From contig PBOZ01000059.1 of NCBI GenBank assembly GCA_002724555.1, positions 23 through 64,022 of the forward strand: a stretch of DNA of 64,000 bases, read 5' to 3'. Positions 45,206 through 56,410 of this stretch are shown in pieces. Every line of letters begins with the position of its first letter. Position 1 is the stretch's first letter. The notes under the pieces are model-generated. The model had not been told where the DNA came from. It searched no databases and was given only the letters and a program-made list of their open reading frames with translations. Source of the DNA: Rickettsiales bacterium (GTDB taxonomy: Bacteria > Pseudomonadota > Alphaproteobacteria > UBA8366). The translations under genes were made by a program, and so were the position numbers.

Positions 45206-46195
45206 CTATACGATGTTTGTGTCGGAAATAAGTCGATGCCGCAACATTTGCATGTCTTTTGGTGCCGAGCTTGTGAAGCTAAGGTAATCGCCTGAGAGAG
45301 GGTGCTTGAAACCAATTTCCGCCGCATGTAAGGCTTGCCGACCAAGCTTGTCTATAAATGAATTTGTTTCGAGCGAGAGTGAGCTGCGCCGCGCGTCGGT
45401 TGATCTGCTGTAGGTTGGGTCACCTAAAAGTGGATGCCCAATATGAGCCAGATGTACCCTAATTTGGTGTGTGCGGCCCGTTGCGAGGCGACATTCGAGA
45501 AGTGTGGCGATGAGGCCAAAGCGTTCGATTGTGCGATAGTGGGTCAATGCTTGTTTACCGCGGTCGTCTGAAACGACAGCCATTTTAGTTCGGTTGCGAT
45601 GGCTACGGCCGATATTGCTCTCGATTTTGCCTTCGGACGGTGTCAATGCGCCCCAGACAAATGCCTGATAGGCTCGTTTTATAGTTCGCGCTTCAAATTG
45701 CGTGGACAGGGCCAAATGAGCCGAGTCGGATTTTGCCGCCACCATGAGACCGCTTGTATCTTTGTCGAGGCGGTGGACAATACCGGGCCGACGCACTCCA
45801 CCGATCCCAGAGAGACTATCACCACAATGCGCAATGAGTGCATTTACCAATGTTCCGTTTGGTTGACCGGCCCCTGGATGCACTGTCAAACCAGCAGGTT
45901 TATCGATGACGAGAAGGGAGTCATCTTCGTAATGTATGTTTAGTGGAATTTCCTCGCCTCGCAATACTGAATCCTCAGGTGGCGGTACCGAGATTTTAAA
46001 CGTATCGCCTGGTTTGACCCTATATGAGGGGTCCGTTATCGTCCCGTTCTTTGCAGCGACTAAGCCATCGTTGATAAGTTGCTTCACGCGGTTTCGCGAT
46101 AAATCGGGAAGGGCGTCTGTAAGACCCCGGTCCAGTCGTAAACCGGCTTCGGGAGTGACGATATGTGTGTCGCTTTTGGATTCTGTATTGGTCAT
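45206..46195 (-). CDS. rluD: RluA-family 23S rRNA pseudouridine synthase, RluD-like (S4 domain + catalytic domain)
   Basis: 329 aa. N-terminal S4-like RLDRGLTDALPDLSRNRVKQLINDG, catalytic HRLDKDTSGLMVAAK, TGRTHQIRVHLAHIGHPLLGD. The position directly upstream of rpoH is the usual alphaproteobacterial arrangement. Confidence 0.8.
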   Translation of the reverse strand: MTNTESKSDTHIVTPEAGLRLDRGLTDALPDLSRNRVKQLINDGLVAAKNGTITDPSYRVKPGDTFKISVPPPEDSVLRGEEIPLNIHYEDDSLLVIDKPAGLTVHPGAGQPNGTLVNALIAHCGDSLSGIGGVRRPGIVHRLDKDTSGLMVAAKSDSAHLALSTQFEARTIKRAYQAFVWGALTPSEGKIESNIGRSHRNRTKMAVVSDDRGKQALTHYRTIERFGLIATLLECRLATGRTHQIRVHLAHIGHPLLGDPTYSRSTDARRSSLSLETNSFIDKLGRQALHAAEIGFKHPLSGDYLSFTSSAPKDMQMLRHRLISDTNIV

Positions 46196-46218
46196 ACGAA
46201 TAAGACTGGACCTAAATC

Positions 46219-46524
46219 ATGCAACCGCTCAAGGCCCTCGTTATTTTTCTTGGTGTATTAATATTTGTGGCATTCGGCTTTCTTGCCTATGGCATCATCT
46301 CAAAACTTAAAACGGATGAAAATGTGCCGCCACATTTAGATAAGTTTATAGAAACAGCTGTCGCCGTTCCAAAGGGAGCGCGCATCAAAGAGACGCGGAT
46401 TGAAGGCAACCGAATCCTCGTTCGGTTGGAAAAGACAGATGGCCGTGAAGCGCTGGTTTTAATTGACGCACGTACTGGTAAGAAATTGGGATTAATTCAC
46501 CTCGGAGAAGGGGTTGTCCAATGA
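46219..46524 (+). CDS. small membrane-anchored hypothetical protein
   Basis: 101 aa. N-terminal TM helix ALVIFLGVLIFVAFGFLAYGII followed by a small soluble domain. ATGA overlap with the downstream ltaE-like gene. Confidence 0.6.
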   Translation: MQPLKALVIFLGVLIFVAFGFLAYGIISKLKTDENVPPHLDKFIETAVAVPKGARIKETRIEGNRILVRLEKTDGREALVLIDARTGKKLGLIHLGEGVVQ

Positions 46525-47549
46525 ACTTCTGTAGCGATAATGTCAGCGGTGTGTCACCTGAAATTTTGGCGGCTCTTGGTGCAGTTAATAATGGCTCTGC
46601 AATGCCATATGGCGCTGATGAGGTGACTAAGAATGTGGTCAAGAAACTCCGCGAATTGTTCGAGGCGCCCAAGGCAGAAGTGATCTTGATGGCGACTGGA
46701 TCCTCGGCCAATGCATTGGCGCTTGCAACCATGACGCCGCCCTTCGGGGCTATCTATTGTCATCCCGACAGCCATGTGAATGTAGATGAATGCGGTGCGC
46801 CGGAGTTTTTTTCCGGCGGCGCGAAACTCGTTACTGTCGGTGGTCAGGCCGGTAAGATGACTGCCGATGCGTTGAACTTTGCTATCAATGGCGCTGATGT
46901 TGTCCATCATGTGCAACCTGCCGCAGTTAGCGTTACGCAGGTTACAGAAGCGGGCACCATCTACACCCCCGATGAGCTGAGAGCAATCTCGGCTGTCTGC
47001 AAAGCGCATGGGCTTAAGCTTCACATGGATGGGGCACGGTTCGCCAATGCGATTGAGGCAATGAAAGTTTCGCCAGCGGCTTGCAGTCATGTATTGGGTG
47101 TTGATGCGCTATCTTTTGGCGCGACAAAAAACGGCGCCATGTGCGCGGAAGCAATCTTGTTTTTTGATACTGCCTTAGCAAAGGAAGCGGGATATCGCCG
47201 CAAACGGGGCGGACATTTGTTTTCCAAGATGCGGTATCTTTCAGCGCAGTTTGATGCCTATCTAGACGACAATCTTTGGCGGCGTAACGCGCGGCATTCA
47301 AATACGATGGCGACACGCTTGGCGGCAGGGTTGAGCGCGATTTCAGGTGTTGAGTTTGCCTATCCAGTCGAAGCAAACGAGTTATTTGTCCGACTGCCAC
47401 TACCAGTCATAGAGGGCCTTTTAGCGGATGGGTTCATGTTTTACCGATGGGAGCCAGAAGGTTCACTTATACGTATGGTGACAAATTTCGAAACAGCAGA
47501 ATCGGATGTTGACCTTTTCATAGAAACCGCGAGGCGGCTGGCCGGTTGA
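46521..47549 (+). CDS. ltaE: low-specificity L-threonine aldolase / beta-eliminating lyase family
   Basis: 342 aa. FCSDNVSGVSPEILAAL, TGSSANALAL, HMDGARFANA, and SFGATKNGA (PLP lysine). Confidence 0.8.
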   Translation: MNFCSDNVSGVSPEILAALGAVNNGSAMPYGADEVTKNVVKKLRELFEAPKAEVILMATGSSANALALATMTPPFGAIYCHPDSHVNVDECGAPEFFSGGAKLVTVGGQAGKMTADALNFAINGADVVHHVQPAAVSVTQVTEAGTIYTPDELRAISAVCKAHGLKLHMDGARFANAIEAMKVSPAACSHVLGVDALSFGATKNGAMCAEAILFFDTALAKEAGYRRKRGGHLFSKMRYLSAQFDAYLDDNLWRRNARHSNTMATRLAAGLSAISGVEFAYPVEANELFVRLPLPVIEGLLADGFMFYRWEPEGSLIRMVTNFETAESDVDLFIETARRLAG

Positions 47550-47553
47550 GAGG

Positions 47554-48279
47554 TTATTTGCTGATGCTTATTGCGCGACGTGTTTGCTTCAAAACTTCGC
47601 GTTTTTCACGGAACATAGCTCGAACGCGCTGGAGGTAAATTCCAAATTGTGGGACATACCAATAACGGGTATATAACTCATCAAAGGGAAGCTTTTTGCC
47701 TCCTTGCACGACTTGCTGATAAGTATCAATAACTACGGCATCGAAGTCGCCGGCAGCAAGGATGACTTTTTCGAAACGGCTTACGCACATTGAAACACGG
47801 GATGTATATTTCGCACCGCCAGTGGAAGAAGTAGTGAGGTCGAATTCGACGCTTTTACCGGAATCGAGTGGCCATAAAGTCGCATAATGTTTTCGGTTGA
47901 ATTTATTAGTAGTGCCGTTTGAGGTCTCGGTCTGCAACAAACCTAGGAAAGTGCGTACTGCGAGCGCCCGTCCGCTCGCCATTTGGATTGTCCATTCCAT
48001 TTCTGTCTCGGCACCAGCCCGTGATGTATAGTCGACCTCACGGCGGGTTTGCTCTGTACCAGCGCGCAGCCCGACGTCTTCGAAACGTATTTTGGTTCCG
48101 TTTGGGGGTGGCCTGAATACAACTGGGTCGCCGGTAGCTCTATAATTGCAGTTTTGGCTGGTCCCCGCTGAAAGAGGGGCTAACGGGATCGCGGCTGCGA
48201 GGACCGCAAGTATAGCCACTGCGACGTGGATCAATTCATTGCGGATCAAGTGATAGGTAGTGTGGATGGCAGTGGTCAA
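47554..48279 (-). CDS. hypothetical secreted/membrane-anchored protein
   Basis: 241-aa ORF with a TTG start and AGGAG 9 nt upstream. N-terminal hydrophobic segment VAVAILAVLAAAIPLAPLSA. No family recognised. Confidence 0.5.
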   Translation of the reverse strand: MTTAIHTTYHLIRNELIHVAVAILAVLAAAIPLAPLSAGTSQNCNYRATGDPVVFRPPPNGTKIRFEDVGLRAGTEQTRREVDYTSRAGAETEMEWTIQMASGRALAVRTFLGLLQTETSNGTTNKFNRKHYATLWPLDSGKSVEFDLTTSSTGGAKYTSRVSMCVSRFEKVILAAGDFDAVVIDTYQQVVQGGKKLPFDELYTRYWYVPQFGIYLQRVRAMFREKREVLKQTRRAISISK

Positions 48280-48639
48280 TATCGAACTCCTGTATTGAAA
48301 CCCTCAGTATTCTGCGCCGATTGGCAAGCTGTGTCGACCCGCTGTCGTCCGGGGCCGTTTGGTGAATTCGGTTTGATCTAGGTACGCCAAGTGTTACTTC
48401 AACTTTTTCGTCAAAGGCATCCCTTTCGTCTAAGGACCTATCAATAATGATTGGAGCTATGCCAATACTAGCCTTATGCCAAAAGTTTATTTTGATTTTG
48501 GTAGTAAATTTTTAAATTTTTCTTTCAACTAAGATACCCAATTAAATGGCATCAAGTTGACGAAGCGGATGGAATTTATCCTAAAATAACCCTATTCTTA
48601 TTTACAGCCATAAATCTGTTTGGAATAGGCGTAGGACGG

Positions 48640-50397
48640 ATGGACGAGCAAGAACCAAGTAGGCGCTTATCCGCTGTATTAATAGCCGACATCGCTGGAT
48701 ATACCAAACTCGTTGAGCAGGACACTGAAGGCACAGTTTCTGAATTAAAGTCTGCCCGAGCGAAAGTTATTAATCCTACAATTTCTCGGTTAAATGGTCG
48801 TATTATTAAACACACTGGAGATGGTTTTTTAGCTGAATTTCAATCGGTTCAGGATGCTGTCGACTGTGCAATTGAAATGCAAACGGGACTCAGGACAAGT
48901 TCGCTAAAGTTTAGGATGGCCGTAAATCTGGGTGACGTTATTGATGATGGTGAAGATATTTATGGTGAAGGCGTCAACATTGCAGCTCGTCTTGAGGCCC
49001 TTGCGGAGCCAGGGGGAATATCCATCTCGGGTGGTGTCTTCGATCAAGTCCGTAATCGCGTCCAAGCGAATTTCGAAGATCTGGGAGAACACGAGGTAAA
49101 ACACGTCTCGGCGCCTGTGCGTGTATACAAAATTGAGGTTTCAATTTCCGAAAATATTCAAAGTGGTAATTTATTGGACACAAATGTGTTAACTGACAAG
49201 CCTTCAATAGCGGTACTGCCCTTTGACAATATGTCTCGCGATCCCGAGCAGGACTTCTTCGCAGATGGGATGGCTGAAGATATTATTACTGAATTGTCTC
49301 GTTTTGAAAATTTGCTTGTCATCGATCGTAATTCCTCTTCTAGCTACAAAGGCCAACGAATTGATATTAAGGGCGTAGCAAAAGAACTTGGCGTTCGTTT
49401 TATTTTGGAAGGAAGTGTTCGCAAAGCCGGACAAAAAGTAAGAATTACGGCGCAACTTATCGATGCAAAAGATGGTGGACATATTTGGGCGGAACGTTAC
49501 GACGGCAGTCTTGAAGATGTATTTGATCTTCAAGAAAATGTTACTCGGCAAGTTGTTAGTACCATAGATTTGCAGATTTCTCATGCTGAACTCGATAGAA
49601 TTGGCAAGGGGGAGCGCGTGTTTGACGAGGCGCATGAAAAGGCCTGGCGGGCTAATAGCCTTTTTAATAAAGCAATTGATGAACGCCTTCCCAATGTTTT
49701 GGACGACGCAATTAACCTTGCTGTTGACGCGGTAAATCTTGATTCCAAGTGTGGTAAAGCTTACGAAGTAATCTGTCGTGGATATGCAATGAAAAGTTTA
49801 TTTCGTTGGGGTGAAGATCCATCGAATGCGACCTCACTTGCGACGCAATGGGCAGACACATTCTTTGCGCAACTACCCAACTCATACATGGCTTATCATA
49901 GTCGAGGTCTAGCCAGGTTAAGAGAGGGCAATTATTCCGCTGCGAATTTGGATTTTGAAAAAGCGCACAATCTCAACCCAAATGATTCCAATGTTCTTCG
50001 GTGGTGGGCTTGTTGTGAAGCACATTCGGGTATTTTTGAGAGAGCAAAAATTCATGCGAACATGGCAATCTTATTAAGTCCTAAAGATAGAGGTATGCAC
50101 GTAGCATTTCTCGCGCTAGCGATGTGCGCATTTATCCAAAAAGACAAAGCAGAATTCGAATTGTGGGCAAATAAAGCAATACAAGCATCTCCTAATGCCC
50201 CCATCCGTCGCGCGATGATGATCGCATACGCTGCCGAAATTGGTAATAAATCACTTCTTGACGAGCATCATAAGTCACTTTCAAAGTCCGCCCCGGATTT
50301 TATCCCAAGTCTACTTCGTGGAGAAAATCAGATTTTCGAAAATAAAGAACACTCAGAAATTCTCCTAAACGGACTTCGAAAAGCGGGATTTGAGTAA
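48640..50397 (+). CDS. class III adenylate/guanylate cyclase with TolB-N-like and TPR-like C-terminal regions
   Basis: 585 aa. Cyclase motifs LSAVLIADIAGYTKL, GDGFLAEF and GEGVNIAARLE. These are followed by KPSIAVLPFDNMSRDPEQDFFADGMAEDIITELSR and a helical repeat region. Confidence 0.85.
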   Translation: MDEQEPSRRLSAVLIADIAGYTKLVEQDTEGTVSELKSARAKVINPTISRLNGRIIKHTGDGFLAEFQSVQDAVDCAIEMQTGLRTSSLKFRMAVNLGDVIDDGEDIYGEGVNIAARLEALAEPGGISISGGVFDQVRNRVQANFEDLGEHEVKHVSAPVRVYKIEVSISENIQSGNLLDTNVLTDKPSIAVLPFDNMSRDPEQDFFADGMAEDIITELSRFENLLVIDRNSSSSYKGQRIDIKGVAKELGVRFILEGSVRKAGQKVRITAQLIDAKDGGHIWAERYDGSLEDVFDLQENVTRQVVSTIDLQISHAELDRIGKGERVFDEAHEKAWRANSLFNKAIDERLPNVLDDAINLAVDAVNLDSKCGKAYEVICRGYAMKSLFRWGEDPSNATSLATQWADTFFAQLPNSYMAYHSRGLARLREGNYSAANLDFEKAHNLNPNDSNVLRWWACCEAHSGIFERAKIHANMAILLSPKDRGMHVAFLALAMCAFIQKDKAEFELWANKAIQASPNAPIRRAMMIAYAAEIGNKSLLDEHHKSLSKSAPDFIPSLLRGENQIFENKEHSEILLNGLRKAGFE

Positions 50398-50454
50398 TTT
50401 TTTATTTATCAAATTGGAATGGGTTCCATTGCGTTGTTTGTTCTGTTTTTGCCA

Positions 50455-51246
50455 TTACTTTTTGGACAGTAAACTGCCATAACCGTCGACTCGGTCTTGC
50501 AGACCGGAGAGGCGCAGGCAATGCCACAGGCTAGCTTGATTGGCAGAAATAACGGGTCGCTGAAGTACTTTCTCTAAGGCGTCCAGGATGGAGATGCATC
50601 GGAAGCCAGTCCCGGCAATCAAAATGCCGTCAGCCTCGGGCGGACATCCGGTGCGTATTTGCCTGTAGAGGGAATCTATATCCTGGTCGAATCCCATGCC
50701 TTGAGCGTAGAGTTTATTGGGCGGTACGCCCTGCCAGTCTTGACCGGGGTTAAAACGCATTTGCCCCGCTGGGGCGAAACCGCGATCGCTGAAATAGTGG
50801 CAACCTTCCTTGATGGTTCGATCGTTGAACCATGCGGGAAAGATGAGAAAGGGTCGTTTGACATCGCAGATACGGAGTGCCGCCTGGCAGTCGAGGCCGT
50901 TCGTCGTTGCTACTCTGCCGTCTGGCCCAGATTTTGACAGGCGTTTAACAACAGCTGCATCCCAACCTTTGCCGCCGATAATACTGCTTGAAGTATGTCC
51001 GATTAAGACCGCAGAAAGATGCATTGCGGCGAATTGTGTGGCCCCCCGCGCCAGGTCGTTTTGGAATTCAACCTCTTCGCCGTTCGAAGACCATTTAGCC
51101 CACGGAGTTGACGCCGTAACACGCGCTATATGTAAAGACACACCTGGGGGCAACATCGCCCACCATTCAGCTTCAGGTACCGCCTCTACACCCACGATGA
51201 ACATACCGATACGTGCTTTCCATCCCCAATTGTCTGGCTGTTTCAT
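50455..51246 (-). CDS. Asp/Glu/hydantoin racemase-superfamily protein (maleate isomerase/arylmalonate decarboxylase-like)
   Basis: ARIGMFIVGVEAVPEAE opening and C-terminal PVISANQASLWHCLRLSGL resemble maleate isomerase-family proteins. The ORF-track start is 51297; ATG 51246 is preferred on length grounds, but this is uncertain. Confidence 0.6.
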   Translation of the reverse strand: MKQPDNWGWKARIGMFIVGVEAVPEAEWWAMLPPGVSLHIARVTASTPWAKWSSNGEEVEFQNDLARGATQFAAMHLSAVLIGHTSSSIIGGKGWDAAVVKRLSKSGPDGRVATTNGLDCQAALRICDVKRPFLIFPAWFNDRTIKEGCHYFSDRGFAPAGQMRFNPGQDWQGVPPNKLYAQGMGFDQDIDSLYRQIRTGCPPEADGILIAGTGFRCISILDALEKVLQRPVISANQASLWHCLRLSGLQDRVDGYGSLLSKK

Positions 51247-51416
51247 CTCTCTAATTTTATCTTTGTAAATGTTTATGCTTGCAAGCAGGAATCCCATTCT
51301 ACCGGGTGTGTGTTACTCTTAACAACCACGCCGGTCGACCTGCCAGAAAGGCACGATATTTTATTAGCCAAATCTGTGATAAATTCATTATTACGTGAAA
51401 TGATCGGAGATACCAA

Positions 51417-52439
51417 ATGGTGATGGACCTCATCATGGTGTTGCGTGGGCAATACCCTACCGGTGATGATATGGAAGTGCGTTTGGAAGACCTTTCGAAG
51501 CAGGTAAAACTGGCCGAAAATTTAGGTTATTGGGGCGTTGCGGTGCCAAGTCACTTTAGTGGTGCACCATTCCAGTATTTTCATCAGACATCTATGCTCG
51601 CTTTTCTCGCCGCGCAAGTGCGCAATTTAAAGCTAATCAGTGCTGTGAATCTGCTGCCATTACACAAACCGATGGATATCGCTGAGCAATTTGCTGCAAT
51701 AGACGTCATGAGTGGCGGTAATTTTATTTTTGGAACAGGAATCGGATACCGTGACGTGGAATTTAAGGGTCATGGATCGCCGATGGCGGAACGCGGAAAG
51801 CGATTTGAAGAGAACTTGGAAGCGGTGCGGCGCCTCTGGACAGAAAACTCGGTTGATATGATCGGTTCTCATTTCGAACTCGAAGGGGCGACATGCCCGC
51901 TTAAACCATTGCAGAAACCCACCCCGCCTTTTTGGATAGGCGCTAACGCGGATATTGCTATTAAACGCGCCGCTAGGATGTCGGACGCGTGGATAATCAA
52001 TCCTCATAACAAAATCGAGACAATATTGCGACAAATGGATCTTTATAAGCGGACCTTGGACGAGGTTGGCAAATCCTTACCCGGCGATTTGCCGATGATG
52101 CGAGAAATTTTCGTTGCCCGTACACGTGAGGAAGCGATTAAACTAGCACGGCCCTATCTTCAAGCTAAGTACAAAGCTTATCACGAATGGGGGCAAGATA
52201 AGGCAATGCCGAAAGGCGACGACGACCTTGGTATGGATTTTGATGAGCTTTTGGACGACCGATTTGTTTTTGGTTCGGCCGACGAAGTGACTGAACAGAT
52301 TATTGCGTTAGCAAAGCCGATTGGCTTCAATTTGCTTTTCTGCGGCATTCAGTGGGTTGGAATGCCGCATAACCAAGTCACCGAGCAAATGCATATTATG
52401 GCAGAAGAAGTGCTACCGAAAGTGCGCCAAGGTCTTTAG
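51417..52439 (+). CDS. LLM-class flavin-dependent oxidoreductase
   Basis: 340 aa, GGAGA upstream. Luciferase-like blocks AENLGYWGVAVPSHF, IDVMSGGNFIFGTGIGYR, PPFWIGAN. Confidence 0.8.
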   Translation: MVMDLIMVLRGQYPTGDDMEVRLEDLSKQVKLAENLGYWGVAVPSHFSGAPFQYFHQTSMLAFLAAQVRNLKLISAVNLLPLHKPMDIAEQFAAIDVMSGGNFIFGTGIGYRDVEFKGHGSPMAERGKRFEENLEAVRRLWTENSVDMIGSHFELEGATCPLKPLQKPTPPFWIGANADIAIKRAARMSDAWIINPHNKIETILRQMDLYKRTLDEVGKSLPGDLPMMREIFVARTREEAIKLARPYLQAKYKAYHEWGQDKAMPKGDDDLGMDFDELLDDRFVFGSADEVTEQIIALAKPIGFNLLFCGIQWVGMPHNQVTEQMHIMAEEVLPKVRQGL

Positions 52440-52580
52440 TCAGGTGTGTTGAAGTAGTCGCCATCCTTTCATGCGAAACGAAATGATCCCGTTGGATCAA
52501 GCTGCTTTCTTTAATAACGTTTAAATTACCTTAATACGTGCATAATGTCGTAGGTCAGCAATATTGGATAAATAGGTTAC

Positions 52581-53837
<1,257 letters not shown>

Positions 53838-53924
53838 TTACAGCGCAAACCTACGCTCATCATGCGCCAGGTTCAATGACCTTCAGGATGTCTTGACCTC
53901 AAGCCAGATTGGCCGACAATATTG

Positions 53925-54761
53925 ATGATTATGACTATAAAACTAACAGACGAGCAGGTTGACGCTTACCATCGTGACGGCGTCGTCTATCCGATTTCTG
54001 TAATGAGCAGGGAAGAAGCCAGAAAATGTCGGTCCGCTCTGGAAACATTCGAGTGCGCGCACCCAGAATATTTAGATGGTGGGCGACGCCAAAAACTCCA
54101 TTTGGTGCAGACTTGGATGGCAGATGTCGTGCGCCGGCCTGAGATTCTAGACGCTGTTGAAGATATTCTGGGTCCAGACATACTTTGTTGGCAAACCAGC
54201 CTGTTCATTAAGGAAGCAGGGGATCCTGGTTTCGTCTCCTGGCATCAAGACGGTAATTATTGGGGTCTCAGTAGTCAGGAGGTGGTAACGGCGTGGCTGG
54301 CACTTTCGCCGTCCAGTGTCGAGAGCGGCTGCATGAAGATGATGCCGGGCTCGCACCGGTGGGCCTCAATTGAACATAAAGACACATTTGATAAAGATAA
54401 TCTTTTAACTCGTGGGCAAGTGATGAAGCACGATATCGACGAGGATCAAGCGATTGACATCATCGTAGAGCCCGGCGAAATATCACTTCATCACGTAAAT
54501 ATTGCACATGCCTCGGCTCCAAACCGTTCGGATGACCGACGGATTGGACTTGCGCTTCGTTACGTGACGCCAAGTGTCCGCCAGGTGACAGGAGTTCCGG
54601 ATGCCGCGACGTTGGTGCGCGGTAAAGACAAAAACGGCAACTTTGAGATGGAACCGGCACCTGAATACGATATGGCGCCCGCTGCAGTAGCGCTGCATGA
54701 GCGCGTTACGGATACACGTAAGGGTTTCATTTATCAGGATAAAATGCAGCATAATAATTGA
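53925..54761 (+). CDS. phytanoyl-CoA dioxygenase (PhyH)-family Fe(II)/2OG oxygenase
   Basis: LTDEQVDAYHRDGVVYP opening, WHQDGNYW (HxD), and distal His in ISLHHVNIAHASAPN. Alternative starts at TTG 53922, ATG 53925 and ATG 53931. Confidence 0.8.
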   Translation: MIMTIKLTDEQVDAYHRDGVVYPISVMSREEARKCRSALETFECAHPEYLDGGRRQKLHLVQTWMADVVRRPEILDAVEDILGPDILCWQTSLFIKEAGDPGFVSWHQDGNYWGLSSQEVVTAWLALSPSSVESGCMKMMPGSHRWASIEHKDTFDKDNLLTRGQVMKHDIDEDQAIDIIVEPGEISLHHVNIAHASAPNRSDDRRIGLALRYVTPSVRQVTGVPDAATLVRGKDKNGNFEMEPAPEYDMAPAAVALHERVTDTRKGFIYQDKMQHNN

Positions 54762-55020
54762 AAGTAAATTACTGCTTTATATAGCTATAAATCGTGTCGT
54801 AGTTGTTCTTACAACCCCAACCAGTCCTGATTTTCAGGGCTTTTGGAGATTTCTGTAGGTTCTGTTCAGGTCGAAACTTTAACCGTTGATTTGGGCTAGC
54901 GCTGTTACCTTTTATGCCTTCAATCTATAGCTATTTTATTTAAGCAATCATCGGACGTGGGGACAATTGTGCCATTTTGCTATACCGTTTATAGGAATTG
55001 GATTTTAGAATTGAGAGGAC

Positions 55021-55785
55021 ATGATGAACGCACAAGGACTGCCAGCCATCGTGACAGGCGGAGGATCTGGGCTCGGAGCCGGTGCGGCTCGGGCTCTGGC
55101 AAAAGTTGGTGCAAAAGTTGCCGTGCTGGACATCAATAAATCGGCTGCAGACACGGTTGCTAAGGATATTGGCGGCGTTGCATTTGAATGTGATGTCGCG
55201 GATGCAGCATCTGGAAAAGCAGCCGTTGACGCAGCACGGGATGTGAACGGCCCAGTCGCGATTTGTATTAATTGTGCGGGAATTGGCACACCGGGGCGGA
55301 TCGTTGGACGGAGCGGGCCAATGAACCTCGAGCAATTCGCCCGTGTAATCAATATCAATCTTATTGGGACATTTAATATTATGCGTCTCGCGGCGGCGGA
55401 CATGATGACGCGCGAACCAAACACGGATGGCGAGCGTGGATTGGTAGTTAATACGGCGTCAGTCGCGGCCTATGAAGGGCAGGTAGGCCAGGCGGCTTAT
55501 TCGGCGTCAAAAGGCGGGGTTGTTGGGTTAACGTTACCAGCGGCGCGCGAGTTTGCCCGCCACGGTATTCGTGTACTCGCAATCGCGCCTGGGCTATTTG
55601 CGACGCCGATGCTGATGGGGTTACCGGATAATGTGCAGGATAGCCTGGCGCAAACCCTGCCGTTCCCATCTCGTTTTGGCACGCCTGAGGAGTATGCGTC
55701 ACTCGTATTGCATATGGTGGCAAATCCCATTTTGAATGGCGAGGTAATACGCCTTGATAGTGCGATACGGTTAGCTCCAACCTAA
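55021..55785 (+). CDS. classical SDR, 3-hydroxyacyl-CoA dehydrogenase type-2-like
   Basis: 254 aa, GAGAGGA SD. TGGGSGLGAGAA, NCAGI, NTASVAAYEGQVGQAAYSASKGGVVGL (S...YxxxK intact). Confidence 0.85.
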   Translation: MMNAQGLPAIVTGGGSGLGAGAARALAKVGAKVAVLDINKSAADTVAKDIGGVAFECDVADAASGKAAVDAARDVNGPVAICINCAGIGTPGRIVGRSGPMNLEQFARVININLIGTFNIMRLAAADMMTREPNTDGERGLVVNTASVAAYEGQVGQAAYSASKGGVVGLTLPAAREFARHGIRVLAIAPGLFATPMLMGLPDNVQDSLAQTLPFPSRFGTPEEYASLVLHMVANPILNGEVIRLDSAIRLAPT

Positions 55786-55788
55786 GTT

Positions 55789-56382
55789 TTACTCTCGCAC
55801 GGGACGAAAATCGTTGGCGCGTCGCTTCGCGGCGGAGAGTTGGTCAGTGCTCAAGGTTTGGCCAACTTTATCGCGGTTTTTTAAGGCGATGGATTTCGCG
55901 TTGCCTGTGAGTTTCGTAGCTGCGACCTCATACCATTTCCAGGCTTCCATTGGATCCTTATCAACGCCATTACCCGCAAAATAAAGTGAGGCTAAATTGT
56001 TTTGAGCGGATGCGTGCCCTTGGCTTGCGGCGCGGCTGTGCCAAACGAAAGCCTCGGCATCACTTTTACGCACGCCTTGGCCGAACTGATAAAAAATGCC
56101 AAGGTTATACTGTGCAGAGGAAAGGCCAGCCTTCGCGGCTCTAAGATACCATTGAGCAGCTTCGTTAAAATCTTTTTTGACACCATATCCACCTTCGTGC
56201 AGCACGCCGAGCATGAATTGAGCGTCCCGGTTATCGTCTGCAGCAAGCCTGTGAAAAATCTCTGCTGCTTTGTCATTCTCCTTAAGTTGCAGAGCGCGTA
56301 GGCCTTCGCGAAATTGATCTGACATTGCTGGAGACGCAGTTAGCAGTGCGAATAGGACGATTAGGCGGTTCAAATAAGGCAT
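55789..56382 (-). CDS. Sel1-like repeat (TPR-family) secreted protein
   Basis: Signal-like MPYLNRLIVLFALLTASPAMS, then repeated AxxWYxxAAxxGxxxAQxNLGxxY units (at least four). ATG 56382 with GGAGA 9 nt upstream is preferred. The ORF-track 56439 is TTG and would overlap phhB. Confidence 0.8.
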   Translation of the reverse strand: MPYLNRLIVLFALLTASPAMSDQFREGLRALQLKENDKAAEIFHRLAADDNRDAQFMLGVLHEGGYGVKKDFNEAAQWYLRAAKAGLSSAQYNLGIFYQFGQGVRKSDAEAFVWHSRAASQGHASAQNNLASLYFAGNGVDKDPMEAWKWYEVAATKLTGNAKSIALKNRDKVGQTLSTDQLSAAKRRANDFRPVRE

Positions 56383-56410
56383 CGGCCAGTCTCCAAAGCG
56401 GATTTCCAGT

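Noticed and set aside
46554-47090. 178-aa minus-strand ORF (and 47014..47400, 128 aa)
   Set aside because: Both are antisense shadows of the threonine aldolase gene.
50415-50450. Weak hairpin TGGAA-tggg-TTCCA followed by a T-rich run after the cyclase gene (similar weak hairpin TGATCC-cgtt-GGATCA at 52484-52499)
   Set aside because: The stems are only 5-6 bp, too weak to call intrinsic terminators with confidence.
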